From positions 112,872 to 176,871 of the forward strand of contig MGEI01000003.1 of assembly GCA_001791305.1 (NCBI GenBank): 64,000 nt of DNA, written 5' to 3'. Source of the DNA: Candidatus Uhrbacteria bacterium RIFCSPLOWO2_01_FULL_47_17 (GTDB lineage Bacteria > Patescibacteriota > Patescibacteriia > UBA9934 > GWF2-40-263). The position numbers and the translations under genes are program-made. The notes below the pieces were generated by a model, which saw only the letters and a list, made by a program, of their open reading frames with translations, was not told where the DNA came from and searched no databases. Of the stretch, positions 9,657 to 16,794 are shown one piece after another. Each line of letters opens with the position of its first letter. Position 1 is the first letter of the stretch.

Positions 9657-9749
9657 GTGTCATTCCGACCGAGGAGTCATCGACGAGTGGAGGAATCTCG
9701 CATTTACAAGAGATCCCTCGGCTACGCTTCGCTTCGCTCGGGATGACAC
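9657..9749 (+). promoter_or_regulatory. Structured 5' leader of murC: long-range helix GTGTCATTCCGA / TCGGGATGACAC enclosing nested stems (CCGAGG/CCTCGG)
   Basis: 12 bp closing helix with one G-U pair, ending 7 nt before the murC ATG. No SD is visible. GCTTCGCTTCGCTC direct repeat in the 3' arm. Confidence 0.45.
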
Positions 9750-9755
9750 AAAAAT

Positions 9756-11141
9756 ATGCTTCTTGAAAAAAACCATTTTCATTTTGTTGGAATCGGAGGA
9801 ATCGGCATGTCCGCGCTTGCCAAGTTTTTGTTGTCCAAAGAAAAGCATGTGACCGGATCAGACGTCCATGATTCTGAGATGGTTCAAGATTTGAATAAAA
9901 AAGGTATTCAAGTAAATATCGGCCATGACAAGTCGCACGTCCTCGACGGTGTGGAGGTCGTCATCTATTCCTCCGCTGTCCCCTCGACCAACCCAGAACG
10001 AACTACTGCTCGAGAGCGGGGAATCCCAGAAGTCTCTTACGCCCAGTTCCTCGGTGAAGTCTCGAAAACCTTCTCGACGATTGTGGTCACAGGAACACAC
10101 GGTAAGAGCACAACAACCGCGCTCATCGGCCTCATGCTCGAAGCAGCCGGCTACGATCCAACGGTTCTCGTAGGATCGTTTGTGCCAACATTCCCAGATA
10201 AAAATCTCCGCCTCGGCAAAGGCAGATTCTTTGTGGTCGAAGGCTGCGAGTATCAGGCGAACATGTTGAATCTTCATCCGGAGATGATCGTGCTCACAAA
10301 CATCGAAGAAGACCACCTCGATTACTACCGCGACATCAACCATATCCGCGACACATTCCAGATCTTCGCCGATAAGTTGATTGGAAAAGGAATGATGATC
10401 CTGAACGCGGACGATGCCGAATCCATGAAATTGAAAGTAGAACGGCCGATAACGTACTGGATGCAAAGGACGGAAAAGGCGGAGAGGGCGGAAAGGAATT
10501 CATATGTCGCGTTGAATCGTGCAACCACGAAGGGTGTGCAGACTTTTGGTGTGAATCGAGACGAACTCCTCGGTCGACTCAAGCTCATCATCCCGGGCGA
10601 ACACAACGTCATGAACGCACTCGCCGCAACCGCGGCCGCCATGGAACTCGGCGTCCCATTCGAGACATGCGCGCGCGTCCTCGAAACGTTCCCAGGAATC
10701 TGGCGCCGCTTCGAGCGCGTCGGAACTTGGCGCGAGGCGGATGTCATCTCGGACTATGGTCACCATCCAACTGCGGTTGAGAAAACTGTGAGTGCCGCTC
10801 GCGAGTTTTTTCCAGGCCGAAGAATCGTCCTGTGTTTTCAACCGCATCAACACTCCCGAACAAAGTCTCTCTTCGATGGATTTGTCCACGCGCTCCAACT
10901 CGCGGACGAGACGGTGGTCGCCGAGATTTACGACGTCGCTGGCAGAAACGAAGAACACAATATGTCGTCAAGGTTGATTGTGGAGAAGATCAAGAAGGAA
11001 ACCCCAAACGCCCACGTCATGTATTCGGAAAACTTCGATGCGGTGAAGTCCGCCCTCGAACAGATCGTCCGATCGAACGATGTCCTGATTATAATGGGAG
11101 CGGGGGATATCGATTCAATCGCAAGAGACCTTACTTGTTGA
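9756..11141 (+). CDS. murC: UDP-N-acetylmuramate--L-alanine ligase MurC
   Basis: 461 aa. N-terminal HFVGIGGIGMSALA, P-loop TGTHGKSTTTAL, and Mur ligase middle and C-terminal domains. Confidence 0.9.
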   Translation: MLLEKNHFHFVGIGGIGMSALAKFLLSKEKHVTGSDVHDSEMVQDLNKKGIQVNIGHDKSHVLDGVEVVIYSSAVPSTNPERTTARERGIPEVSYAQFLGEVSKTFSTIVVTGTHGKSTTTALIGLMLEAAGYDPTVLVGSFVPTFPDKNLRLGKGRFFVVEGCEYQANMLNLHPEMIVLTNIEEDHLDYYRDINHIRDTFQIFADKLIGKGMMILNADDAESMKLKVERPITYWMQRTEKAERAERNSYVALNRATTKGVQTFGVNRDELLGRLKLIIPGEHNVMNALAATAAAMELGVPFETCARVLETFPGIWRRFERVGTWREADVISDYGHHPTAVEKTVSAAREFFPGRRIVLCFQPHQHSRTKSLFDGFVHALQLADETVVAEIYDVAGRNEEHNMSSRLIVEKIKKETPNAHVMYSENFDAVKSALEQIVRSNDVLIIMGAGDIDSIARDLTC

Positions 11142-11209
11142 CGAGCAAGGTTCTTTTTGTTATTATTGTTTCTTCTTCGATGTTGTTTCGAGGATGAGAG
11201 GAAAAGCAA

Positions 11210-11593
11210 ATGGCAGATCATTCGTTTTTTCTGAAGTTGTACCGCCACTTCATGCGTCACGATGGGACTGTGCTTGGAATCTTTTACATGACTCCAGACG
11301 GTCAAACACCGATTGAAGGCTTGTTCGTTCTTTCAAATCCGACTACGAGGCGTCGAGAAATTCTTTTTGATCCTTCGAAGTGGGAAGTCAAGACGGGTTT
11401 GGAACCGATGAAATTTTCTCCTTTCGAGGATGTTTTTTCCATCTGGCTTGGCCCTTCGTCCTCTGGAAACGGAGAAGATCTCCCACTTGCTTGTCGAGAT
11501 AACCTAAAGCCAAAGGATGGATCCGGACTTGCGTGGCCTGAGACGATTCTTCCTAAATTTGATCTTTGGATACGCGCAGATTGCCCTGACTAA
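11210..11593 (+). CDS. Hypothetical protein
   Basis: 127 aa with SD GAGGA upstream and its own terminator. No recognisable domain. First gene of the insertion between murC and murB. Confidence 0.4.
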   Translation: MADHSFFLKLYRHFMRHDGTVLGIFYMTPDGQTPIEGLFVLSNPTTRRREILFDPSKWEVKTGLEPMKFSPFEDVFSIWLGPSSSGNGEDLPLACRDNLKPKDGSGLAWPETILPKFDLWIRADCPD

Positions 11594-11594
11594 T

Positions 11595-11623
11595 CGACCG
11601 AAAACGGTCGATTTTTTCTTTTT
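11595..11623 (+). terminator. Rho-independent terminator (CGACCG-aaaa-CGGTCG-ATTTTTTCTTTTT) after the 127-aa gene
   Basis: 6 bp GC-rich stem plus a T-rich run. Confidence 0.7.
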
Positions 11624-11630
11624 GGAAACA

Positions 11631-11739
11631 TGTGTAGATACGGATTACAGATTAATACAGATAGGGATGACGTTTCCGAAAGACGTCTTTCAGAGCCGAA
11701 GATCTTCATCTGTATTAATCTGTAATCCGTATCTACACA
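11631..11739. repeat. Perfect 32 bp inverted repeat (TGTGTAGATACGGATTACAGATTAATACAGAT ... ATCTGTATTAATCTGTAATCCGTATCTACACA) with a 45 nt spacer; a MITE-like element or large cruciform
   Basis: The arms are exact reverse complements. The spacer has its own small GACG/CGTC hairpin. Located between the terminator of the 127-aa gene and the promoter of the first CTDC lipoprotein gene. No obvious target-site duplication. Confidence 0.85.
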
Positions 11740-11746
11740 CGCCCTG

Positions 11747-11775
11747 TTGACGTATCTAGGTTTTCCTGCTAAAAA
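11747..11775 (+). promoter_or_regulatory. Putative promoter (TTGACG-17-TAAAAA) for the first CTDC lipoprotein gene
   Basis: Lies directly after the 32 bp inverted repeat element, about 70 nt upstream of the SD+ATG. Confidence 0.4.
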
Positions 11776-11842
11776 GATGGGCACACATTTTTGTGCGTTT
11801 GGCTTTGAAACATGGGGTTTTGAAGCGAAGTGAGGAGGTTAA

Positions 11843-13576
11843 ATGAACGTTCGTTTCACATCGATTTTGTTCAGACTCGCATGCGTTTTTCTTTGCGCGT
11901 GTTCGGACGACACCATTTCAGAAGTTCCGAGCCTTGATTTGTCCGGAGACGGAAGGGCGATCGACACCTCACCTGCTCCCGAGACCCAATCGGACACAGA
12001 TACGATCGAGGACGTGCAGCCAGATGTTGTCGACGCAAGCGTGGATGCGACGCCGGACGTGTTTGTTTGCAAAGACAATGCGTCTTGCGACACGAAAAAT
12101 CCTTGCACACAAGATTGGTGCAACGTGGGAACGGGCGAATGTCAGCATACGCCGCAGCCGGACAATATCTGTACAGACGGTGACGCCTGCACGGTGAATG
12201 ACATCTGCACCGCGTCCGGTCAGTGCTTTGGCGCAAAGCAGGTTGTGTGCAATGACAACAGTCCTTGTACGAAAGATTCCTGCGACAAGCTCTCTGGCTG
12301 CACGTTCGAACCGATCGATGCGTCTTGTACGGACAATGATGTTTGCACGAAGAACGATGCGTGCGTAGTCGGCGTCTGTGTCGGAACGAAGATCGCATGC
12401 AACGACGGCCTCGACTGCACCGAAGACTCTTGCGACAAGAATACAGGTTGCTCGACCGTGAAGCTGAACAATCTTCCGTGCGACGATGGCTCAGCGTGTA
12501 CAGTGAATGACTTGTGCGACAAGGGCGCGTGCAAAGGATCGAACATCAATTGTTCAGATACAAATCCTTGCACCCAAGATGCGTGCGACAAAGTGTCCGG
12601 ATGTTTTTCGACTCCCGCATCCGCTGGATCGAAGTGCACAGACGGAAACGCCTGTACGATCAACGATAACTGCCAGGATGCAAAATGCGTCTCCGGTTCA
12701 CAAAAAAACTGTGACGACAACAGTGTCTGCACGTCTGATTCTTGTGACGCTGCAAACGGTGCGTGTCTGAATCTACCGGTTGTTGGAGTGTTCTACTGCA
12801 ACGACAACAACGCCTGTACGACAAACGATTCGTGTACGCTCGGCGTGTGCACTGGAAAGATTTTGCAGTGCAACGATGGACTCGCTTGTACGCAAGATAC
12901 GTGCGGGGCGAATATCGGTTGCATGTACCTTGTTCAAGACAAATCGCCGTGCAATGACGGAGACGCGTGCACGATTGGCGACACCTGTTTCACAAACAAG
13001 TGTGAAGGTAAGGTGAAGACGTGCGAGGACAACAACGACTGCACAATCGATACGTGTGATTCCGCGGTTGGAAGCTGCAACTTCACGGCGAACGACGGCT
13101 ACTACTGCTCAGACGCAAATGCCTGCACAACGGGCGATGTCTGCAAAGGCACCAAGTGTAGCGGCGTTACCATCATCTGCAACGATGGCAACCTGTGTAC
13201 TTCCGACAGTTGCAACCAAAAACTCGGTTGCGTCTTTACCGGAACGCCAAACGCGCCTTGCGAAGACGGTGACCTCTGCACCACGGACGACATTTGCCAG
13301 CAAACCGTTTGCAAAGCAAAGCCGATTGTGTGCAATGACCAGAATACGTGCACAAAGGACAGTTGCAGCAAAGCAACCGGAAAATGTGTTTTTCAAACCT
13401 TGAACGACACAAACAAGTGCGACGACGATGACCTCTGCACGATCGCGGACATCTGTCTTGCGGGTCAGTGCAAAGGCTCTGTGAACGCTTGTGACGACAG
13501 TGATCCCTGCACCGTGGACGCATGCAATCCAAAAGATGGAAAATGCGATCACACAAAGAAACCCAACTGCCCATAG
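11843..13576 (+). CDS. Cysteine-rich lipoprotein with about 20 tandem Dictyostelium-type CTDC repeats (C-x-D-x-N-x-C-T-x-D-x-C-D-x-x-x-G-C)
   Basis: 577 aa. Lipoprotein signal peptide (FRLACVFLCAC) and SD GAGGAGG. The roughly 24 aa Cys-rich repeat recurs through the whole protein. Own promoter (TTGACG-17-TAAAAA) and terminator. Confidence 0.7.
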   Translation: MNVRFTSILFRLACVFLCACSDDTISEVPSLDLSGDGRAIDTSPAPETQSDTDTIEDVQPDVVDASVDATPDVFVCKDNASCDTKNPCTQDWCNVGTGECQHTPQPDNICTDGDACTVNDICTASGQCFGAKQVVCNDNSPCTKDSCDKLSGCTFEPIDASCTDNDVCTKNDACVVGVCVGTKIACNDGLDCTEDSCDKNTGCSTVKLNNLPCDDGSACTVNDLCDKGACKGSNINCSDTNPCTQDACDKVSGCFSTPASAGSKCTDGNACTINDNCQDAKCVSGSQKNCDDNSVCTSDSCDAANGACLNLPVVGVFYCNDNNACTTNDSCTLGVCTGKILQCNDGLACTQDTCGANIGCMYLVQDKSPCNDGDACTIGDTCFTNKCEGKVKTCEDNNDCTIDTCDSAVGSCNFTANDGYYCSDANACTTGDVCKGTKCSGVTIICNDGNLCTSDSCNQKLGCVFTGTPNAPCEDGDLCTTDDICQQTVCKAKPIVCNDQNTCTKDSCSKATGKCVFQTLNDTNKCDDDDLCTIADICLAGQCKGSVNACDDSDPCTVDACNPKDGKCDHTKKPNCP

Positions 13577-13581
13577 TTCTT

Positions 13582-13613
13582 GATCCTCATCTTGAGGATC
13601 TTTTTTGTTTTTT
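13582..13613 (+). terminator. Rho-independent terminator (GATCCTCA-tct-TGAGGATC-TTTTTTGTTTTTT) after the first CTDC lipoprotein gene
   Basis: 8 bp stem plus a long T-run. Confidence 0.75.
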
Positions 13614-13626
13614 GGTAGATATTTGG

Positions 13627-13655
13627 TTGACAGGCTCGGAAATTCTTGATACAAA
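13627..13655 (+). promoter_or_regulatory. Putative promoter (TTGACA-17-TACAAA) for the second CTDC lipoprotein gene
   Basis: Consensus -35 with 17 nt spacing to the -10, after the terminator of the first gene. Confidence 0.45.
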
Positions 13656-13698
13656 CAGGGGCACGATTTCTTGTGCATTTTACCTATGGAGGATCGTC

Positions 13699-15303
13699 AT
13701 GAGGCTCGTTTTTGCTCTTTTTTTCATCACAGCTTGTTCGGGTGAGTCGGACGTTTCCGTGCAAGGAGGAGCAGATGGACATTCGATCGATGTTTCGACG
13801 GATGCTCATGATGCGCTGATTGCAACCCAAGCGGACACAACGAACGAAACCGATCTGTTCGACGGTTCGGCGCGCGCACCGGATCCTGGTGAGTTTGGAT
13901 ATCCGTGCATCAAAAATGCGGAATGCAATGCTGGCTACTGCATCGAAACGCCAAATGGAAGTGTTTGTTCGAAGACATGTTCGAGTGATTGTCCGAACGG
14001 ATTCAAATGTTCCGGCGTCAGCAATTCAAGCACCGACATTGTGTTCATTTGTCTTTCCATGTTCAATCGTCTGTGTGATCCATGCAAAGAGCATAAGGAC
14101 TGTAACGAGATGAACAAGATCGGCAATCTTTGTCTGCGTGTCGGAAATAGCGGGAGCTTTTGTGGAGCTCAGTGTTTCATCTCAAACGGTGACGCGGATT
14201 GTCCGAACGGCTATACGTGTCAGTTTCTCACAGATGCAAAGACGAAGGTTTCGGGAGAACAGTGTGTGCCGAAAAGTGGAGCAACGTGTTCCTGTTCGAA
14301 ACGAGCGACACAACTCGCCCTTTCGACGGACTGCACGAACAAGAATGTGTTTGGGGTATGCTCGGGATCGCGCGTTTGCAAACCGGAAGGCCTCACAAAC
14401 TGCATCGGACAAATCCCGGAATCTGAGAGCTGTAACAAGCTTGATGATAATTGCGACGGTGAAACAGACAACATCGACGCAAGCGCGATTGGCGCAGGGT
14501 GCAAGCAAAGTAACGAGTTCGGAACGTGTCTTGGTATGTTTACCGGATGCGAAAAAGGCCAACCGCTTTGCAGTGCCGTGAAACCCGAGCCAGAAGTGTG
14601 CAACGGCAAAGACGACAACTGTAATGGGAAAACCGATGACGGCCTTTGCGACGACGGGAACGTCTGCACAACAGATCAGTGCAACACGGACGGTTCGTGT
14701 AAGCACACAAAATTGACCGGACCGCTTTGCGATGACGGCAATGTCTGTACAGCCGTTTCGGAATGTGCCGCCGGAGTTTGCAAAGGCGGAACCACGCTCG
14801 ATTGCGATGACAAGGACGCATGCTCAACCGATTGGTGTGATCCATTCACGGGTTGCAATCACAAGCCCGCTTCCGATGGCGCCTGTCTCGATGATGGGAA
14901 CGCTTGTACGCAAGATGTGTGCGCAAACGGCAAGTGTACGCATCCGAAGGTAAAGGACGGCAACGCCTGTCTCGACGAAGGAAACGTGTGTACAAAAGAT
15001 GTGTGCGATAATGGCGACTGTTCGCATATCGCGAATGCATCGCCATGCAATGACGACAATCAATGCACGCTCAATGACACCTGCAAAGACAAAACCTGCT
15101 CCGTCTCACTTCCAAAAGTCTGCAACGACGGCAACGCGTGTACGATTGATGGATGTGAGCCGGCAAAAGGATGCGTCTTCAAACCAAATCCATTTTCCAA
15201 TGATGGAACCGGTGTTCCGTGTCCTGAAGATGGCAATGCCTGCACAAATGACATCTGCAAAGGCGCCGTGTGCGCGCATGTGCCGATTCCAGGCTGCAAC
15301 TAG
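13699..15303 (+). CDS. Cysteine-rich lipoprotein: EGF/MopE-like Cys-rich N-terminal half plus CTDC-type repeats in the C-terminal half
   Basis: Start at MRLVFALFFITACS (lipobox ITAC) with SD GGAGGA, giving 534 aa. N-terminal half carries CxxxDDNCDGxTD-type putative metal-binding motifs. C-terminal half repeats CxDGNxCTxDxC. Own promoter (TTGACA-17-TACAAA) and terminator. Confidence 0.7.
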   Translation: MRLVFALFFITACSGESDVSVQGGADGHSIDVSTDAHDALIATQADTTNETDLFDGSARAPDPGEFGYPCIKNAECNAGYCIETPNGSVCSKTCSSDCPNGFKCSGVSNSSTDIVFICLSMFNRLCDPCKEHKDCNEMNKIGNLCLRVGNSGSFCGAQCFISNGDADCPNGYTCQFLTDAKTKVSGEQCVPKSGATCSCSKRATQLALSTDCTNKNVFGVCSGSRVCKPEGLTNCIGQIPESESCNKLDDNCDGETDNIDASAIGAGCKQSNEFGTCLGMFTGCEKGQPLCSAVKPEPEVCNGKDDNCNGKTDDGLCDDGNVCTTDQCNTDGSCKHTKLTGPLCDDGNVCTAVSECAAGVCKGGTTLDCDDKDACSTDWCDPFTGCNHKPASDGACLDDGNACTQDVCANGKCTHPKVKDGNACLDEGNVCTKDVCDNGDCSHIANASPCNDDNQCTLNDTCKDKTCSVSLPKVCNDGNACTIDGCEPAKGCVFKPNPFSNDGTGVPCPEDGNACTNDICKGAVCAHVPIPGCN

Positions 15304-15310
15304 TTCTTCT

Positions 15311-15341
15311 GCCACCTCTCATATTCCGGGGTGGTTTTTTT
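15311..15341 (+). terminator. Rho-independent terminator (GCCACC ... GGTGG-TTTTTTT) after the second CTDC lipoprotein gene
   Basis: Stem with a 13 nt loop plus T7. Confidence 0.6.
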
Positions 15342-15368
15342 GTGGTCGAATGATAGAATGTTTTTGTT

Positions 15369-16334
15369 ATGAATACCGCGTCCGAACAATTAAGACTTGC
15401 TGTAAACGATCGTCTGAAAGAGCAAGAACCCATGAGTCGTCATACAAATTTTCGGATTGGAGGACCGGCCAAGTATTTTGTGGAGGTGAGATCGATCGAA
15501 GAGCTGAAGAAGGTTTTGGATATCGCAAAGACAAGCTCAATGCCGACCGTGGTGATCGGCGGCGGATCGAATATGCTTGTCGCGGACCACGGCTTCAACG
15601 GAATCATGATCAAACTCCTCATGCGCGAAATCTTCATGGATAAAAATCGTGTTCAAGCGGGGGCGGGTGTTCCCATGATTCTCCTTTCTCGAAAAATTGC
15701 CGAGGCGAGTCTCGCTGGACTCGAATGGGCGATTACATTGCCAGGTACGGTCGGTGGAGCGATTCGAGGAAATGCGGGATGCTTCGGAGGGGAAACGCGC
15801 GACCACCTCGTCGAAGCGTTTGTGCTTTCGAATGGGGAAGTTGTGTCTCGAACAAACGCTGAACTCGCGTTTGGGTATCGCGAATCCGCTATCAAACATT
15901 CTTTGGACATTGTCCTTTCAGCAACCTTCGAACTTAAGTCTGGCGATCAGAGCATCATTAAACAAATCATGGAATCAAATTTGGCAAAGCGTAAAGCATC
16001 GCAACCTCTCGACGCAGGATCTGCGGGATGCATGTTCAAAAATTACGAAATAACTTCGGACGAGGAACTGCAACGAATTCAGTCTAAACTCGATTTAACT
16101 TCAGAGGCGATCACATCCCGTCGTATCTCGGCGGGATGGATCGTCGACCAGGTTGATTTGAAGGGGTTCGAGATAGGCGGGGCAAAGGTGAGTCCTGTGC
16201 ATGGAAATTTTTTGGTGAATACGGGGAGTGCGACCGCAGATGAAGTGATACAGCTTATTGCGTTTATCAAAACGCGTGTGAGAGACGCCTATGGTATAAT
16301 TTTACAAGAAGAAGTCCAGTACGTTGGATTCTAA
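15369..16334 (+). CDS. murB: UDP-N-acetylenolpyruvoylglucosamine reductase MurB
   Basis: 321 aa. FAD-binding PCMH domain (FRIGGPAKYFVEV...IGGGSNML) and MurB C-terminal domain. Confidence 0.85.
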   Translation: MNTASEQLRLAVNDRLKEQEPMSRHTNFRIGGPAKYFVEVRSIEELKKVLDIAKTSSMPTVVIGGGSNMLVADHGFNGIMIKLLMREIFMDKNRVQAGAGVPMILLSRKIAEASLAGLEWAITLPGTVGGAIRGNAGCFGGETRDHLVEAFVLSNGEVVSRTNAELAFGYRESAIKHSLDIVLSATFELKSGDQSIIKQIMESNLAKRKASQPLDAGSAGCMFKNYEITSDEELQRIQSKLDLTSEAITSRRISAGWIVDQVDLKGFEIGGAKVSPVHGNFLVNTGSATADEVIQLIAFIKTRVRDAYGIILQEEVQYVGF

Positions 16335-16339
16335 TACAG

Positions 16340-16362
16340 CCAAGGCGAAAGCCTTGGGTTAC
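16340..16362 (+). repeat. Conserved intergenic hairpin motif, copy 2 (CCAAGGCGAAAGCCTTGGGTTAC; perfect 7 bp stem with GAAA tetraloop)
   Basis: Between the murB stop and the hpf start. The motif ends directly at the hpf ATG region (GGGTTACATGAATG). Confidence 0.8.
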
Positions 16363-16374
16363 ATGAATGATTCT

Positions 16375-16719
16375 ATGACCATCTCCTCAATTCTTGGAAC
16401 GAACATGGAACTTACGGATGCCATCAAGCGTTATGTTGAAGAGCGTGCAGAAGTGCTTGAGAAATTGACATCCGGTTTTGAATCCACAGCAGAGTTGCGC
16501 GTAGAGCTCGGAAAGACCTCGCAACATCACACAAGCGGCCCATTCTTTTTTGCCGAGTTTCACATGGATGTTCCCGGAACCATTCTGACCGCAAAAGCAG
16601 AGGGCGCAGATTTATATGCCGCCATAGATGAAGTTCGTGATGATTTAAAGCGTCAGCTTGTAGATCGAAAAGAAAAAGTTGTCGATCAAAATAGACACCC
16701 AAGACCGGGAAAGGAATAA
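16375..16719 (+). CDS. hpf: Ribosome hibernation promoting factor / RaiA family protein
   Basis: Start at MTISSILGTNMELTDAIKRYVEE, giving 114 aa (the alternative ATG at 16363 adds 4 aa). Typical HPF beta-alpha-beta-beta-beta-alpha core. Confidence 0.75.
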   Translation: MTISSILGTNMELTDAIKRYVEERAEVLEKLTSGFESTAELRVELGKTSQHHTSGPFFFAEFHMDVPGTILTAKAEGADLYAAIDEVRDDLKRQLVDRKEKVVDQNRHPRPGKE

Positions 16720-16728
16720 CCAATTGGG

Positions 16729-16756
16729 GTAGGGGAGGCTCGCGAGCCTCCCCTAC
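16729..16756 (+). terminator. Perfect 28 nt palindrome GTAGGGGAGGCTCG|CGAGCCTCCCCTAC after hpf (terminator-like)
   Basis: 12 bp GC-rich stem with a CGCG centre, followed by a T-rich stretch (TTGATTTAT). Confidence 0.6.
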
Positions 16757-16794
16757 TTGATTTATCACGTGAAAACCAGCACACTACTGCGCGT

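Noticed and set aside
11871-15299. Many long antisense or alternate-frame ORFs inside the two Cys-rich lipoprotein genes (for example 11871..12398-, 12220..12732-, 13109..13678-, 14182..14706-, 14220..14669-, 15060..15299-)
   Set aside because: They are artefacts of the GC-rich, codon-periodic CTDC repeats, which keep several frames open. They have no starts with SD, no independent signals and biased nonsense composition such as R/C/H-rich. The sense-strand lipoprotein genes explain the region.
11142-15368. Possibility that the Cys-rich repeat genes are targets of a diversity-generating retroelement
   Set aside because: No reverse transcriptase (no YxDD-containing ORF) and no near-identical template/variable repeat pair with adenine-specific mismatches occurs anywhere in the window.
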